DNA from: an uncultured Nitrospiraceae bacterium
GTDB lineage: Bacteria > Nitrospirota > UBA9217
Length of the DNA: 64,000 nt
NCBI GenBank assembly: GCA_964447405.1
Contig: CAYUSP010000003.1
Location: 691,723 to 755,722, forward strand
Direction of reading: 5' to 3'
Shown here one piece after another: positions 50,057 through 60,753 of this stretch. How positions within the stretch are numbered: position 1 is the first letter of the stretch; every line of letters starts with the position of its first letter. The notes below the pieces were generated by a model, which did no database searches, was not told the origin of the DNA, and saw only the letters and a list, made by a program, of their open reading frames with translations. The translations under genes and the position numbers were made by a program.

Positions 50057-50524
50057 TCATTTCTTTCCGAACTTCTCTTTCCAGATGACATCCGCCTTCT
50101 TGATGTGGCCGGGAATGTCCCTGCTCCATTTCCCATATGCCTCCTGGCTGCAGTTCAGGTACAGCTTCCCGTCCACGATCTTCCAGACCTCCGGGTCCGT
50201 TATCGCCAGCCGGGACTCGGTCATAGCCCAGGCACAATACCCGTCATACTGAGGGGCGTACTTCTCCGGACTTGCCGCGAACAGGTCCCGGTTCTCCTTG
50301 GTCGAGAAATGCCAGGTCATATCATGCCAGGGGAATGTGAATGACCCGCTGCCTTTCATTGCCTTGCCGGCTTTGAAATAAGCCACGGCGTCATATCCCT
50401 TGATCGCAACCTCATTCTGCGGCGACGCCGAAGCAGGAGAGCCTCCCAATCGGATAAGCAGCAGGAAGAGACCAGCGATGAACATCAAATACCCATAAGT
50501 CGTTCTTCTTGATCTCATATGCAT
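50057..50524 (-). CDS. YHS-domain protein
   Basis: ...GYDAVAYF...W.FSTKENRDLF...PEKYAPQYDGYCAWA... with an N-terminal signal anchor. Confidence 0.6.
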   Translation of the reverse strand: MHMRSRRTTYGYLMFIAGLFLLLIRLGGSPASASPQNEVAIKGYDAVAYFKAGKAMKGSGSFTFPWHDMTWHFSTKENRDLFAASPEKYAPQYDGYCAWAMTESRLAITDPEVWKIVDGKLYLNCSQEAYGKWSRDIPGHIKKADVIWKEKFGKK

Positions 50525-50581
50525 GCACCTCCCTCATATTATTATCGATGAGCCACCCCTCTTCTCATTTTATCATTTTTT

Positions 50582-50803
50582 TCACTGGGCCCCGTGCCTG
50601 GCTACCGCAGCCTTCACCCGGCGCAGGAGCCTGCGGGCCCAGATGAACTCCGTCCCAAGGACAGCGAGACCGATTGGTATCACCACGACCGCAGGCCCGG
50701 GGAGAACGATCATCGCCACTCCGGCCAGAAGGATCGTCGCACCTACTACGAGAACGATCAGCCTCCGGGCATGCCTCACCGCTCTGTTCAGGACATCATT
50801 CAT
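50582..50803 (-). CDS. PGPGW-motif small transmembrane protein
   Basis: The start is taken at MNDVLNRAV. It contains ...VLPGPAVVVIPIGLAVLG.... Confidence 0.45.
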   Translation of the reverse strand: MNDVLNRAVRHARRLIVLVVGATILLAGVAMIVLPGPAVVVIPIGLAVLGTEFIWARRLLRRVKAAVARHGAQ

Positions 50804-50894
50804 GGCATCGCCGCCATATCCCCGTCCAGAGCATGCCCTGCACAAGAACAGCTCGCAGTTTGCCCGGACCATTGGATGCGACTGCTGGAAACAC

Positions 50895-51293
50895 TTACTT
50901 CTCTCTCCGGTAACAGTATCTTGCAGCCGCAAGCGCCAGGATGATGGCCGCAATGCCCACCAGCGTCATGCCCGCGAGCTCCTTCACATCCAGGGTAATG
51001 ACCTTGCGCGCGATGGCGATCATGGCCACGGTCAGGACCACCTCGAAGTGCACTACATTATCCTTGAGATAGGCCTTGATCGTCTCGAGCAGCTCCACGC
51101 CGATCAACACCAGCAAAAACAGCCCGAAGATGTCCAGCAGCTCATCGATCTCGAGCAGGAGGACCGGCGGAGTGATGATGTCCTTGATGATGATCCATCC
51201 CAGCTCGATGGTCGCCAGCAGAACGACGACGGCCATCAATATGACCAGCGTGGCCGTTACCGCCTTTTCGAACTTCTTCAGCAGATCAAGCAT
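50895..51293 (-). CDS. PsiE-family (phosphate-starvation-inducible E-like) membrane protein
   Basis: The start is taken at MLDLLKKF. There are 4 TM helices and a PsiE-like sequence. Confidence 0.65.
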   Translation of the reverse strand: MLDLLKKFEKAVTATLVILMAVVVLLATIELGWIIIKDIITPPVLLLEIDELLDIFGLFLLVLIGVELLETIKAYLKDNVVHFEVVLTVAMIAIARKVITLDVKELAGMTLVGIAAIILALAAARYCYRREK

Positions 51294-53979
51294 GTTCCCT
51301 CCTTCGGCGCAGCCATTTGTCGATCTCGACGACAAAAACGACGGTAAGTGAAAGCAGACATACCCGGCCCCACTCCTGAACCGTGAGCGGCTCGGTCTTG
51401 AAGACCCACTGCAGCGCCGGCACGTAGATGAACGCGAGCTGCGCCAGGACAGACGCTGCGATGGCGAAGAGCAGCAGCGGATTGCTCAGCAGGCCGATCC
51501 GGAACACCGACAGCGTCTCGGACCGGCTGTTCCAGGTCTGGAAGAACTGGAAGAAAACCATGGTGGTCACGGCGATGGTCCGCGCCTGCTCGAGGTGCTC
51601 GCCGATGGCGAGGGCGTGGTGGAAGCTGTACACGACGCCGGCGGCGATGAGCGCTCCGACCAGCACGGTGCGCTGCACCAGCACGGCAGACATCACTCCC
51701 TCCTTCGGGTCACGCGGCGGCCGCAGGACGACGCCCGGCTCACCCGGCTCGAAGGTGAGCGCCAGCACCTGGAGCCCGTTCGTCACGAGGTTGATCCAGA
51801 GCAGCTGCGACGGCGTGTACGGCATGGGAAGCCCCAGCGCGATCGTGCCGATGATCGACAGGATCGCGGCGACGCCCGTAGGGATCAGGAAGAAGACGAC
51901 CTTCCGTATGTTGTCGAACACGATCCGGCCTTCCTCGACCGCCGCGAAGATCGTGGCGAAGTTGTCGTCAATGATTACCATGTCCGACGCCTCCTTGGCA
52001 ACATCCGTTCCGGTACGGCCCATGGCGATCCCGATATGCGCGGCCTTGAGCGCCGGCGCGTCGTTCACGCCGTCTCCCGTCATGGCCACGATCTCGCCGT
52101 GCCGGATGAGCTGCCGGGCGATGCGCAGCTTGTGGTGCGGCGCCACGCGGGCAAAGATCGACACGGTCCTGACCTTCTCGAACAGCTCGTCGTCGCCCAT
52201 CTCCTCGAGCTCCCTGCCCGTGAGCGCTGCACCGGTGCCGTCCCCGATGCCGATCATCCTCCCGATGGCGCCGGCGGTGGTGGCGTGGTCGCCGGTGATC
52301 ATGACAACGCGGATGCCCGCCTTCCGGCAGCCCTTCACCGCGTCCATAGCCTCGGGCCGCGGTGGATCGATCATGCCCTGGAGACCCGTAAGCGTGAGAT
52401 CACCCTCCACGTGCCCGTGCGTGAGCTCTTCGAGGTCCGGCGGCGCCTCCTTGTAGGCCATGGCCAGGACACGCATGCCCTCGGACGCGAACCGATGCGC
52501 TGCGTTGAGGAGCTCCTTCGCCCGGAGCGCACCGGTCAGGTGGCAGGACGTGCAGAGGTCGATGACACGCTCGGGGCCGCCCTTGACGAAGATGTACTTC
52601 CTGCCGTCGTGTCGGTGCAGCGTCGCCATGTAGCCCCGGTCGGACTCGAAAGGCACCATCGAGACGAGCGGCCAGTCCCGCTTCTCGTCCTCGGGGCGGA
52701 GGCCCGCCTTCATGGCAGAGACGATGAGCGCCCCCTCGGTCGGGTCGCCGTCGACGCGGTACGTGCCGTCCTCCTCGTAGACCTCTGATTCGTTGCAGAG
52801 CAGGCCGATCCGCAGGTTCAGGAACAGGTCCTTTCGTTCCTGCTCCGTGATGGGAAGCCACCCGTGCAGGACCTCGCCGCCAGGGTCATACCCGGTCCCG
52901 GTCACTTCGAAGACGTGCTGGCCGTCGTGGACCACCTTGACGGTCATCTCGTTCTTCGTGAGCGTGCCGGTCTTGTCGGTGCAGATGACGGTCGTGCTGC
53001 CAAGGGTCTCGACAGCCGGCAGCTTCCGGACGATGGCGTTCCGGCGCGCCATGTTCCGGACGCCCAGGGCGAGCGCGATGGTCAGCACCGCCGGAAGGCC
53101 CTCGGGGATGGTGGCGACGGCCGCGGCCACGGCAGTCATGAACATGTCCTTGACCGTTTCGCCGACCAGCAACCCGATGCCGAAGAGAAGGCACGATGCC
53201 GACAGTACCACGTACCCGATCATGGCCGAGAAGCGGTGGAACTTCTGCTGCAGCGGCGCCGGTGCTGTTTCCGCTTCCCGAATCTCGCGGGCGATGCTGC
53301 CGAGGACGGAGCGCGCGCCCGTGGCGACCACGACGCCGCGGCCGCGGCCGTTCACGACGACCGTGCCCAGGAAGGCCATGTTCCGCTGGTCCCCGGGCGG
53401 CAGGTTCGGTTCGGCAATGGCTGACACGGTCTTCTGCGCGGGCAGCGACTCGCCGGTCAGCATGGACTCGTCGGTCTTGAGCTCCAGCGCCTTCACGAGC
53501 CGGATGTCCGCCGGCACCTTGACGCCCGAGGCGAGCAGGACGATGTCGCCTGGCACCAGTTCCGCACTGTCGATCTCGTGCTCCCTGCCGTCCCTGACCA
53601 CCCGCGCCTTCGGCACCACCAGCTTCTTGAGTGCCCGGACGCTCTCCTCGGCCCGGTATTCCTGGAAGAAGCCGATCGCCGCGTTCAGGACCACGACCGT
53701 CAGAATGACGCCCGAGTCCACGACCTCCTCGAGCAGGGCGGTCACCACAGCGGCGATGAGAAGGATGTAGATCAAGGGGCTCGTGAACTGACCCGCAAGG
53801 ATCCGGAGCTTGCTGATCCGGTCCTCCTCACCGAGGCGGTTCAGGCCGTGCTCGATCAGCCGTTCGTGGACCTTTGACGACGACAGTCCCTGGTCCGACG
53901 TCGCGAGAGCATGCAGCACATCACTGCTTTCCTGCTGATAAGGCCGAAGATCGGATCGTTCAGGTGTCGTTGGTGACAT
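51286..53979 (-). CDS. P-type cation-transporting ATPase (type II, Ca2+/Mg2+-like)
   Basis: It has the DKTGTLT phosphorylation motif, TGDHATTA/MTGDGVNDAPAL, and 10 TM helices. The start is at MSPTTPE. Confidence 0.9.
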   Translation of the reverse strand: MSPTTPERSDLRPYQQESSDVLHALATSDQGLSSSKVHERLIEHGLNRLGEEDRISKLRILAGQFTSPLIYILLIAAVVTALLEEVVDSGVILTVVVLNAAIGFFQEYRAEESVRALKKLVVPKARVVRDGREHEIDSAELVPGDIVLLASGVKVPADIRLVKALELKTDESMLTGESLPAQKTVSAIAEPNLPPGDQRNMAFLGTVVVNGRGRGVVVATGARSVLGSIAREIREAETAPAPLQQKFHRFSAMIGYVVLSASCLLFGIGLLVGETVKDMFMTAVAAAVATIPEGLPAVLTIALALGVRNMARRNAIVRKLPAVETLGSTTVICTDKTGTLTKNEMTVKVVHDGQHVFEVTGTGYDPGGEVLHGWLPITEQERKDLFLNLRIGLLCNESEVYEEDGTYRVDGDPTEGALIVSAMKAGLRPEDEKRDWPLVSMVPFESDRGYMATLHRHDGRKYIFVKGGPERVIDLCTSCHLTGALRAKELLNAAHRFASEGMRVLAMAYKEAPPDLEELTHGHVEGDLTLTGLQGMIDPPRPEAMDAVKGCRKAGIRVVMITGDHATTAGAIGRMIGIGDGTGAALTGRELEEMGDDELFEKVRTVSIFARVAPHHKLRIARQLIRHGEIVAMTGDGVNDAPALKAAHIGIAMGRTGTDVAKEASDMVIIDDNFATIFAAVEEGRIVFDNIRKVVFFLIPTGVAAILSIIGTIALGLPMPYTPSQLLWINLVTNGLQVLALTFEPGEPGVVLRPPRDPKEGVMSAVLVQRTVLVGALIAAGVVYSFHHALAIGEHLEQARTIAVTTMVFFQFFQTWNSRSETLSVFRIGLLSNPLLLFAIAASVLAQLAFIYVPALQWVFKTEPLTVQEWGRVCLLSLTVVFVVEIDKWLRRRREHA

Positions 53980-54032
53980 GGCGTCTCCCGTGGTGCAGCT
54001 GCGGAGCAAAGCACATACGTTAGCAAGTAGCG

Positions 54033-54782
54033 TTAAAAGCGTATCTCCATACCTGCCACTGCATAGTGAAACAGCGAGAATGTATATACTTCGCTATTGT
54101 CGGCACCGCCTTCCAGCACGCGGTAGCCGGCAAAGAATCTGGTCGAGCCGCTGACGTCATACATCATCGCGAAAAATACGTCCTCGGCCCTGCCTTGTGT
54201 CGAGCCGAGCGCGTCGCCGGCAACGCGGAACGTCCAGGGCTTCGTGAACCGCCAGTCAATAAGGAAATTGATCAGCGGTACGAAGCCGGTGTTCTTTTTC
54301 TCGGCCCGCAGGCCGCCCCCCTCGACCGTGATCGCCGCATCACGGACCTTGGCAGTCAATCCCACCCAGGTGTCGAGATCATCGCGAGTGACGAGATTCC
54401 TGCGCCAGGTAAAGCGATAGGAGTCGAAGCGGAATGTGGCGTCAAGGTCCGTTCCTGCCGGGAAGGTCTTTCCGGCAAAGCGGATATCCCGGTCCAAACG
54501 GCCGTGGGAACTCAAGCTGAGCGGAGAAACGACGACACCGAAGTAATCGCGCATATCACGAATGTACCCGGCTTCCAGCCGCCCGGTGAATTTGGTGTCG
54601 GTCTTAAGGTCGTCAGAGAACGAAAACCGCGTCCCGGTATCTCCCGGGATGCGGACATCATTCTTACTCGTAAATACTTCCGCAGCCTGCAGATTGAATA
54701 CATATTCCGCAGCCACCGGATCCGGCAGGCAGAGGAACCCGGTCAGAGTGATTAACAGACCTGCAATCCGTGCATTGATCAT
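54033..54782 (-). CDS. Outer-membrane beta-barrel protein (hypothetical)
   Basis: The start is MINARIAGLL, with a signal peptide and an RBS ggag. The body has alternating beta-strands and a C-terminal ...GMEIRF ending in Phe. Confidence 0.55.
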   Translation of the reverse strand: MINARIAGLLITLTGFLCLPDPVAAEYVFNLQAAEVFTSKNDVRIPGDTGTRFSFSDDLKTDTKFTGRLEAGYIRDMRDYFGVVVSPLSLSSHGRLDRDIRFAGKTFPAGTDLDATFRFDSYRFTWRRNLVTRDDLDTWVGLTAKVRDAAITVEGGGLRAEKKNTGFVPLINFLIDWRFTKPWTFRVAGDALGSTQGRAEDVFFAMMYDVSGSTRFFAGYRVLEGGADNSEVYTFSLFHYAVAGMEIRF

Positions 54783-55069
54783 GGCGGACTCCTTTTTTTC
54801 TTCTCGATAAATGCTCGGTCCCAACACAGAGGAACCGAACAATATGTTTCTCAAACGCGCCAAGCGCCCGCTGCAATTACTGCACACGAAGACCTGGCAA
54901 CGCGTTCTTTTAATTGATCGACTGGCGGCCTTTGCGGACGCGCCCGGGAACCGCTTAGCTTGCTACGGTCGCAAGGCGAGACACGTCCCCCGTTTTCGCA
55001 CTGCTGTTTACTTAATTATATATGAGAATGGCGTTTCGGGAGAATGAAACCGCATATCCCGCTGCCCGT

Positions 55070-56236
55070 CTATGAGGCTCTAAGCGCCTCGACGATTTTC
55101 ATGCGGCTGGCGCGGAAGGCCGGCAGCACACCGCCCACCAAGCCCATGATCAGCGAGAAGATGAGCGACTGCACGACGATTTCCGGGGTGAGGCTGAAGG
55201 AGAATGCCAGCTCCGAAAAGGTCTGCCAGTTCACGGTCGAGATGGTGAAGAGCTGCAGAAACGACGAAATGAAAATCCCCGCAAGCCCGCCGACGAGGCC
55301 CAGCAGAAGGGACTCCACGAGGAACACGACCATGATGCTCCTCCTTCGAAACCCGAGTGCACGGAGCGTGCCGATCTCGGCGGTGCGGTTGGCCACGGCC
55401 GCGTACATGGTGATCATGGCGCCGATGACTGCGCCGAGGGAGAAGATGATCGTAAGCGTCATTCCCATGATGCTCAGAAAGGTTGCCATCATCTCGGACT
55501 GGTCGCTGTAGAATTGCTTTTCGCGTTTCGCTTCCAGAGTAAGACGCGGGTCCGTTTCGATCCGTTCCTTCAATGTTGGAAAGGCCGAGGCATCCCTCAA
55601 CCGGAAGAGCACTGATGAGTACACCGGTCTGCGAAATGCCTGCATAAGCTGGTCCGAGTCCCCCCAGATCTCGGAGCTGAAGCCCGTGGTGCCCGCGTCA
55701 AAGGTCCCGACCACGGTCCAGTCGCGCATGCCGAACCGAAGCGTCTCGCCGATACCGCCGCCCTTGAAACGCTTTGCCACGCTCTGGCCCGCGATCACCT
55801 CCAAGGATCCCGGCCTGGGCATATGCCCGTCAACCAGTTTCACCTGCGGCCGCAGCGCGAGCGATGCATCGGTGATGCCGCGGATAACCACATTCGACGG
55901 CTTGTCCGTGCCCCGCTTGGGCAGGGAAATGAGCACCACGATCTCCTTGGCCAGGAGCTGCCTGCCGTCAATGCCAACGGCGATCTCGGGCTGGGACTCG
56001 ACCACAGCGGCCTGGCTGCGGTCCACGCCGCTCTGGACCTCGGTCTGCGAAGCCTTGCGGATCACGACCACATTGTCCAACGATCCGGTCTGGACCAGCG
56101 TCTGCCTGAGCCCGGTCGCCAGCATCAAGGTTGCGGCAAACACGAAGACCACAAGCGCCATGCCCGAAGCGGTCAGCACCGTGGTGAGACGGCGGGTCCA
56201 GAGGTTCCGGAAGCTGTAGGAGAAAGGAATGGCCAT
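55070..56236 (-). CDS. ABC transporter permease (FtsX/MacB-LolE type)
   Basis: 388 aa with 4 TM helices, a large periplasmic loop, and a C-terminal FtsX domain. Confidence 0.85.
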   Translation of the reverse strand: MAIPFSYSFRNLWTRRLTTVLTASGMALVVFVFAATLMLATGLRQTLVQTGSLDNVVVIRKASQTEVQSGVDRSQAAVVESQPEIAVGIDGRQLLAKEIVVLISLPKRGTDKPSNVVIRGITDASLALRPQVKLVDGHMPRPGSLEVIAGQSVAKRFKGGGIGETLRFGMRDWTVVGTFDAGTTGFSSEIWGDSDQLMQAFRRPVYSSVLFRLRDASAFPTLKERIETDPRLTLEAKREKQFYSDQSEMMATFLSIMGMTLTIIFSLGAVIGAMITMYAAVANRTAEIGTLRALGFRRRSIMVVFLVESLLLGLVGGLAGIFISSFLQLFTISTVNWQTFSELAFSFSLTPEIVVQSLIFSLIMGLVGGVLPAFRASRMKIVEALRAS

Positions 56237-56249
56237 AGTTAGCGTATGA

Positions 56250-56470
56250 GACTAAAGATTAAAAAATCTTTGACACGGAAGGAGCGGATGAAAAGCGGAT
56301 ATTGGCAGATAACGCCTAAATAGGTCCGTATCCCTCAGTGTTAAGCACGTCATTCTTTTAATGTTAACAGCTTCGTTCTAGAAGCGAGGATGAACCTCGG
56401 ATTGCGATTGTTAAAATCCGCCCTTATCCGGATTTCTGATCCGCCGTGATCCGTGTCAAAGATTCGACCG
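56250..56470. repeat. Structured AT-rich insert with nested inverted repeats between the two permease genes (MITE-like or intercistronic RNA element)
   Basis: The outer 12-bp inverted repeat is tctttgacacgg (56263-56274) / ccgtgtcaaaga (56448-56459). The inner repeat is gcggat (x2) / atccgc (x2). There is a palindrome aaagatt-aaaaa-aatcttt. GC content is well below the flanks. Confidence 0.45.
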
Positions 56471-56474
56471 TGTC

Positions 56475-57632
56475 TTACACTATTCTCCTCAATCCGTCAG
56501 CGATCCTGATCGTTGCGCCGCGCCAGGTCGGGAAGACTCCTGCCACAGCACCGACGATAAATGCTGCAAGGAAATCAAGATAGATGGTCTCCGGTGTGAG
56601 ACGGAACACAGGGAAGAACGCGCCCAGTTTTTGGCCGATCCACTCTGCCGCCGGGAAACTGAGCGCCACGCCCACTACCCCGCCGGCCATGGCAATAACC
56701 AGCGACTCGCCGAAGACCACGCCTGCAACATGCCAGCCGCCGAAGCCCAGGGTCTTCAGGGTGGCGTATTCGGCAATGCGTTCCCGGGCTGTCATGGCCA
56801 TGGTGTTCGCCGCGACGACCATGATGATCACGATGACCACATAGGAGACCAGCCGGATAGCGACCACGATGGCCTCGGTCATGGACACAAAGCTCATCTG
56901 GAACGACCGTTCCGTCTCGGTTAGCGTCTCGGCAAGTGAGTTCTTGAACATGCCATCTACATAAAGCGATACTTCAGCAGCCAGGTCCGGGCTGGTTAGC
57001 CCCAGAACATAGAATCCGACCTGGTCCGCCCGCTGCGGCGCGGTTTTCCGAACCGACTCGTTTAGATAGTCCCAGTGAAAGAAGAATTGCGAGGTGTCGG
57101 TGATGCGTTCCGCACCCCGGTAAATGCCGCGCACCACGAACTCCCACTGGCCGGGAAAGATGGTGCCGCGCAGGGTCACGATGTCCCCGCCCTTCCAGCC
57201 GAAGCGCTCTGCCGTGCTCTTGCCCACGACGCAGCCTTTTCGGTCTACAAGGAAGGCCTTCCTTTCCTCGGCAGTGAGCACGTATTCCGGGTAAAGATCC
57301 AGGTAGGTCTTCGGCTCCACCGCAAAATTAGGGAAGAAGTTCTTCTCGTCGATATAGACCCCGCCGAACCAATTCCCCGAGGAAACCGTAGTAACGCCGG
57401 GAACCTGGCGGATCTTTTCCAGATATGAGGCAGGCAGGAGGAAAATCAGGGAGATGGCGTTCCTCGTCACGAGACGGGAGGCGGAGGAGGATTCCACGCC
57501 AAGGTACCACGCGGCAACAAGGGTTCGCAGGAGCCCGAAGGCCAGCACGGCAATGGCGACGCCGACAATGGTAAGCGTTGACCTGAGCTTGTGGCGGAAG
57601 GCGTTCCGGATGATGAGCTTAAGCACGAACAT
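56475..57632 (-). CDS. ABC transporter permease (FtsX/MacB-LolE type), second copy
   Basis: 385 aa with the same architecture as 55070..56236. Confidence 0.85.
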   Translation of the reverse strand: MFVLKLIIRNAFRHKLRSTLTIVGVAIAVLAFGLLRTLVAAWYLGVESSSASRLVTRNAISLIFLLPASYLEKIRQVPGVTTVSSGNWFGGVYIDEKNFFPNFAVEPKTYLDLYPEYVLTAEERKAFLVDRKGCVVGKSTAERFGWKGGDIVTLRGTIFPGQWEFVVRGIYRGAERITDTSQFFFHWDYLNESVRKTAPQRADQVGFYVLGLTSPDLAAEVSLYVDGMFKNSLAETLTETERSFQMSFVSMTEAIVVAIRLVSYVVIVIIMVVAANTMAMTARERIAEYATLKTLGFGGWHVAGVVFGESLVIAMAGGVVGVALSFPAAEWIGQKLGAFFPVFRLTPETIYLDFLAAFIVGAVAGVFPTWRGATIRIADGLRRIV

Positions 57633-58314
57633 CGTTCATCACGCCCTTCTCAAGGTGCCGGACCAGATGGGCCTTTTCCGCGGCCCGGGGATCATGGGTC
57701 ACCATGATGATTGTTTTGTTGAACTCCTTGTTGAGGCGAGTCATGAGTCCGAGCACATCCTCTGCCGAGACGCGATCCAGGTCTCCCGTGGGTTCGTCGG
57801 CAACAAGGATCGTCGGGTCCGTGACCACGGCGCGGGCGATCGCCACTCGCTGCTGCTGTCCGCCCGAGAGCTGGGAGGGGTAATGGTCCATGCGGTCCTG
57901 GAGGTTCACGACTGCAAGAGCCATCTCCACATGTTCGCGCCGCTCCTTCCGGGTAAGCCGGGTCAGCAGAAGCGGCAGTTCCACGTTCTCATAGGCGGTG
58001 AGCACCGGCATGAGGTTGTAGAACTGGAAGATGAAGCCGACATTGATGGCGCGCCACCCGGCAAGGTCTGTTTCGGAAAGGGTCGAAATGTCCACGCCGC
58101 CGATGATGACCGAACCGCTGTCCGCCTTGTCGATGCCCGCAAGGATGTTCAGGAGAGTGCTCTTGCCGGATCCGGATGGCCCCATGAGCGCCAGGAATTC
58201 ACCGTCGCAGATCTCGAACGTGATGTTCTCGAGCACGGGTACCGTCTGGGACCCACGCTGGTAGGATTTATTGAGGTCCTTGACAGTGACGATGTTTTGG
58301 GGGCAGCGGTCCAC
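57619..58314 (-). CDS. ABC transporter ATP-binding protein (MacB/LolD-like)
   Basis: It has Walker [10 protein letters not shown], the signature [14 protein letters not shown], and Walker [13 protein letters not shown]. Confidence 0.9.
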   Translation of the reverse strand: MDRCPQNIVTVKDLNKSYQRGSQTVPVLENITFEICDGEFLALMGPSGSGKSTLLNILAGIDKADSGSVIIGGVDISTLSETDLAGWRAINVGFIFQFYNLMPVLTAYENVELPLLLTRLTRKERREHVEMALAVVNLQDRMDHYPSQLSGGQQQRVAIARAVVTDPTILVADEPTGDLDRVSAEDVLGLMTRLNKEFNKTIIMVTHDPRAAEKAHLVRHLEKGVMNDVRA

Positions 58315-59483
58315 TATTTTTCTTTCCGCGTGACAGTCGAACCGTTCTTGAGCTTTTTCGGGGGATTCAGCACGACCTTGTCGCCCGGCATCAGGCCGCT
58401 GGCAACTTCGATTCCGTCGCCAATCTTTCCGCCGAGCGTTACCGTCGTCTCTTTGGCCTTGTCATCCTTTACCACGAACACAAGCTGCCGCCCGTTCCGG
58501 GAAACGAGGGCTGCCGGGTTCACCGCGGTCTTGGGCGCCTCCTCATTGCCAATAACAGCGCGTTCGAGGAAGGCTACGCGGGCGCTCATCTCGGGTAGGA
58601 CGCGCGGATCGACCTCCAGGAAGCGCACCTTGACCATAATCGATGCCTTGCTCCGATCGGCGGTCGGAACGATCATATGCACAACGCCGCGGAAGCGGTT
58701 GTCCGGCAGGGCATCGAGCTGGATCTCGCAAGGCTGGTCTTTCTTCACCTTGGAAAGGTTCGATTCTGAAACATCCACCTCGACCTGGAGCGAGGTCATA
58801 TCCGCGATGGTCACGACCGAAGCCTTGGCATTTGCCGCGGCTCCCAGGGGCGTAACGATGTCGCCCACATCGGCGTTCTTTGTCAGCACAACAGCGTCAA
58901 ATGGCGCCCGGATCAAGGTATACTCAACGGCGACCTGCGCCGACCGGAGAGCCGCCTCCGCGCCAGCCACCGCGGCCTGAGACCGTTTCAGGCGCGTATC
59001 AGCAACTTCAAGCTCGGACTGCGCCACATATCCCTTTTCCCGCAGTTCCTTCATGCGGCCGAAGTGCTGCTGCGCGTCGGCCAATTCGGCTTTTGCGCTG
59101 CTCACGCCCGCAACAGCCTGATCGCTTGCTGCCAGCACATCCTTGTTCTCCAGCCGGGCAATGACCGCTCCTGCACGGACCTTGCTCCCCTCCTCCACGC
59201 CGAGCCATTCCATGCGGCCAGTAGTCTTGGATGCCACGGCAGCCTTACGCTGGGCTACGATATATCCACTTGCGTTCAGAAGGGTGAAAGATTGGGAAGG
59301 GAAGACGCGGGAAACAACCGAGGTCTCAACTTCAAGAGTCGGGTTGCCTGCGATCACTACAACAGCGGACACGGCAACGGCGGCACCCAGAGCGATCAGG
59401 CCCCACCGCGGGATCTTCTGTTTTCGCTGGAAGTTCGCACCGGATTTATCAAGCTTGAGTTTTGACAAGTCGGTGTTCGTCAC
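58314..59483 (-). CDS. HlyD/MacA-family periplasmic adaptor (membrane fusion protein)
   Basis: 389 aa with an N-terminal TM anchor, a coiled-coil hairpin, and lipoyl/beta-barrel domains. Confidence 0.85.
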   Translation of the reverse strand: MTNTDLSKLKLDKSGANFQRKQKIPRWGLIALGAAVAVSAVVVIAGNPTLEVETSVVSRVFPSQSFTLLNASGYIVAQRKAAVASKTTGRMEWLGVEEGSKVRAGAVIARLENKDVLAASDQAVAGVSSAKAELADAQQHFGRMKELREKGYVAQSELEVADTRLKRSQAAVAGAEAALRSAQVAVEYTLIRAPFDAVVLTKNADVGDIVTPLGAAANAKASVVTIADMTSLQVEVDVSESNLSKVKKDQPCEIQLDALPDNRFRGVVHMIVPTADRSKASIMVKVRFLEVDPRVLPEMSARVAFLERAVIGNEEAPKTAVNPAALVSRNGRQLVFVVKDDKAKETTVTLGGKIGDGIEVASGLMPGDKVVLNPPKKLKNGSTVTRKEK

Positions 59484-59608
59484 GCGTGCTCCCTCGCTGT
59501 GCGATCGACTATCATATGCCCCTCATGCCCGTACGCGCGGATGTTTTCCTGCTTGCAGTACAGGCGATCCCACTTGCGGACTGAGGAATGCGATCACAGG
59601 ATATGCTG

Positions 59609-59812
59609 CTAGCCGCGGACCCGCTTGATCGTACCGTTATTGAGGAGCTGGTGAAACTGGGAAAGCAGTGCTTCTTCTTCCTTGTCGATGTGGCCGTCTT
59701 TATTCGCGTGCTCCATGATCTGGTTATATTCGTCAGGAGTGATCTCGAGATCACTGATGGCATGATTAATAAGCTCCTTCAGCCCGGTCGCGGATTTGCT
59801 CGGTTTTTCCAT
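59609..59812 (-). CDS. Hypothetical small acidic protein, 67 aa
   Basis: It has an RBS gggaga. I recognise no family. Confidence 0.3.
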   Translation of the reverse strand: MEKPSKSATGLKELINHAISDLEITPDEYNQIMEHANKDGHIDKEEEALLSQFHQLLNNGTIKRVRG

Positions 59813-59971
59813 GGTTGTTCTCCCTTTTGCATGTGGATTTGTTGTTGAGTTGTCGTAGTATACCGATGAGCCCCGTTCCTGTCAACATCACGCTAACGTT
59901 CGGGAAATTGCTGCAGTTGCTTGACATGGTCTGATTCATTTGCCACGGAAATGATACACGAATTTAATTCG

Positions 59972-60742
59972 TTATCGATTTTCCGTTCCTTTGCCGGTAT
60001 ACGCAGCATAATGCAGGTCGGTCGTGTTCTTATAGCCGCGATAGAACTTTTTTGCTATGACATTCAAGAGCGGGTCGGTCAGGCCGTTTAAAAAAGCGTA
60101 ATCAACATTGTCGGCGATGTGGTGTCGCGCGTGGTGTCGTTTGGACAGAAAAACGCCGCTCCTGTTTATCACCCGAGTAATCCCTGAATCCGGAACGTGG
60201 CAGCAGTAATGAGTAACCTCCGCAAAAGAGGATACTATCCCTATATACGCCAGGGTCCAGGAAAGAAAAGGAGGGAGAATTGCGCTCTCGATCAATAAGG
60301 CTGCTGCCAGGAGATATCCCACAAGCCAGATCTTTGATCCTGATTCATTGAAGTAAACTACCGGAAGGGTTTTTTCTTTATACAGCGGGGTTCTATGGTG
60401 CAAATGGAAGGCGGCGATCAACGGCCCAACCGGAGAATCGTAGTTGCCATTATTGTCCATGTACATATGGACCAGGCCGTTGAGGAAGTCAGCTGCCAGA
60501 TAGGCCGTGAAAAACGAGAGAACCTGCAATGGCGCTCCCAGGGAAAGAGGAAGAACCAGATACAGAACTAAAAGCTGCAACGAGACAACGAGGATGGACA
60601 CTACTTTGCCGATCCCGGTATAAATGCTTTTTTGTTCATATAATTCCATGGCAGCATTAAACTGTTGCTGTTTAAGGGTCAGTACCTGGTCGTCTATCAT
60701 GGCAAGCCCTTTCATGATCGCATCACGTGATACTCGTGTCAA
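59972..60742 (-). CDS. Histidine-box membrane lipid desaturase-like protein (TMEM189/CarF/FAD4-type)
   Basis: 256 aa, polytopic. The His clusters are HMYMD, FHLHHR, HYCCH and KRHHARHH. Confidence 0.5.
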   Translation of the reverse strand: MTRVSRDAIMKGLAMIDDQVLTLKQQQFNAAMELYEQKSIYTGIGKVVSILVVSLQLLVLYLVLPLSLGAPLQVLSFFTAYLAADFLNGLVHMYMDNNGNYDSPVGPLIAAFHLHHRTPLYKEKTLPVVYFNESGSKIWLVGYLLAAALLIESAILPPFLSWTLAYIGIVSSFAEVTHYCCHVPDSGITRVINRSGVFLSKRHHARHHIADNVDYAFLNGLTDPLLNVIAKKFYRGYKNTTDLHYAAYTGKGTENR

Positions 60743-60753
60743 TGCATGTTACC

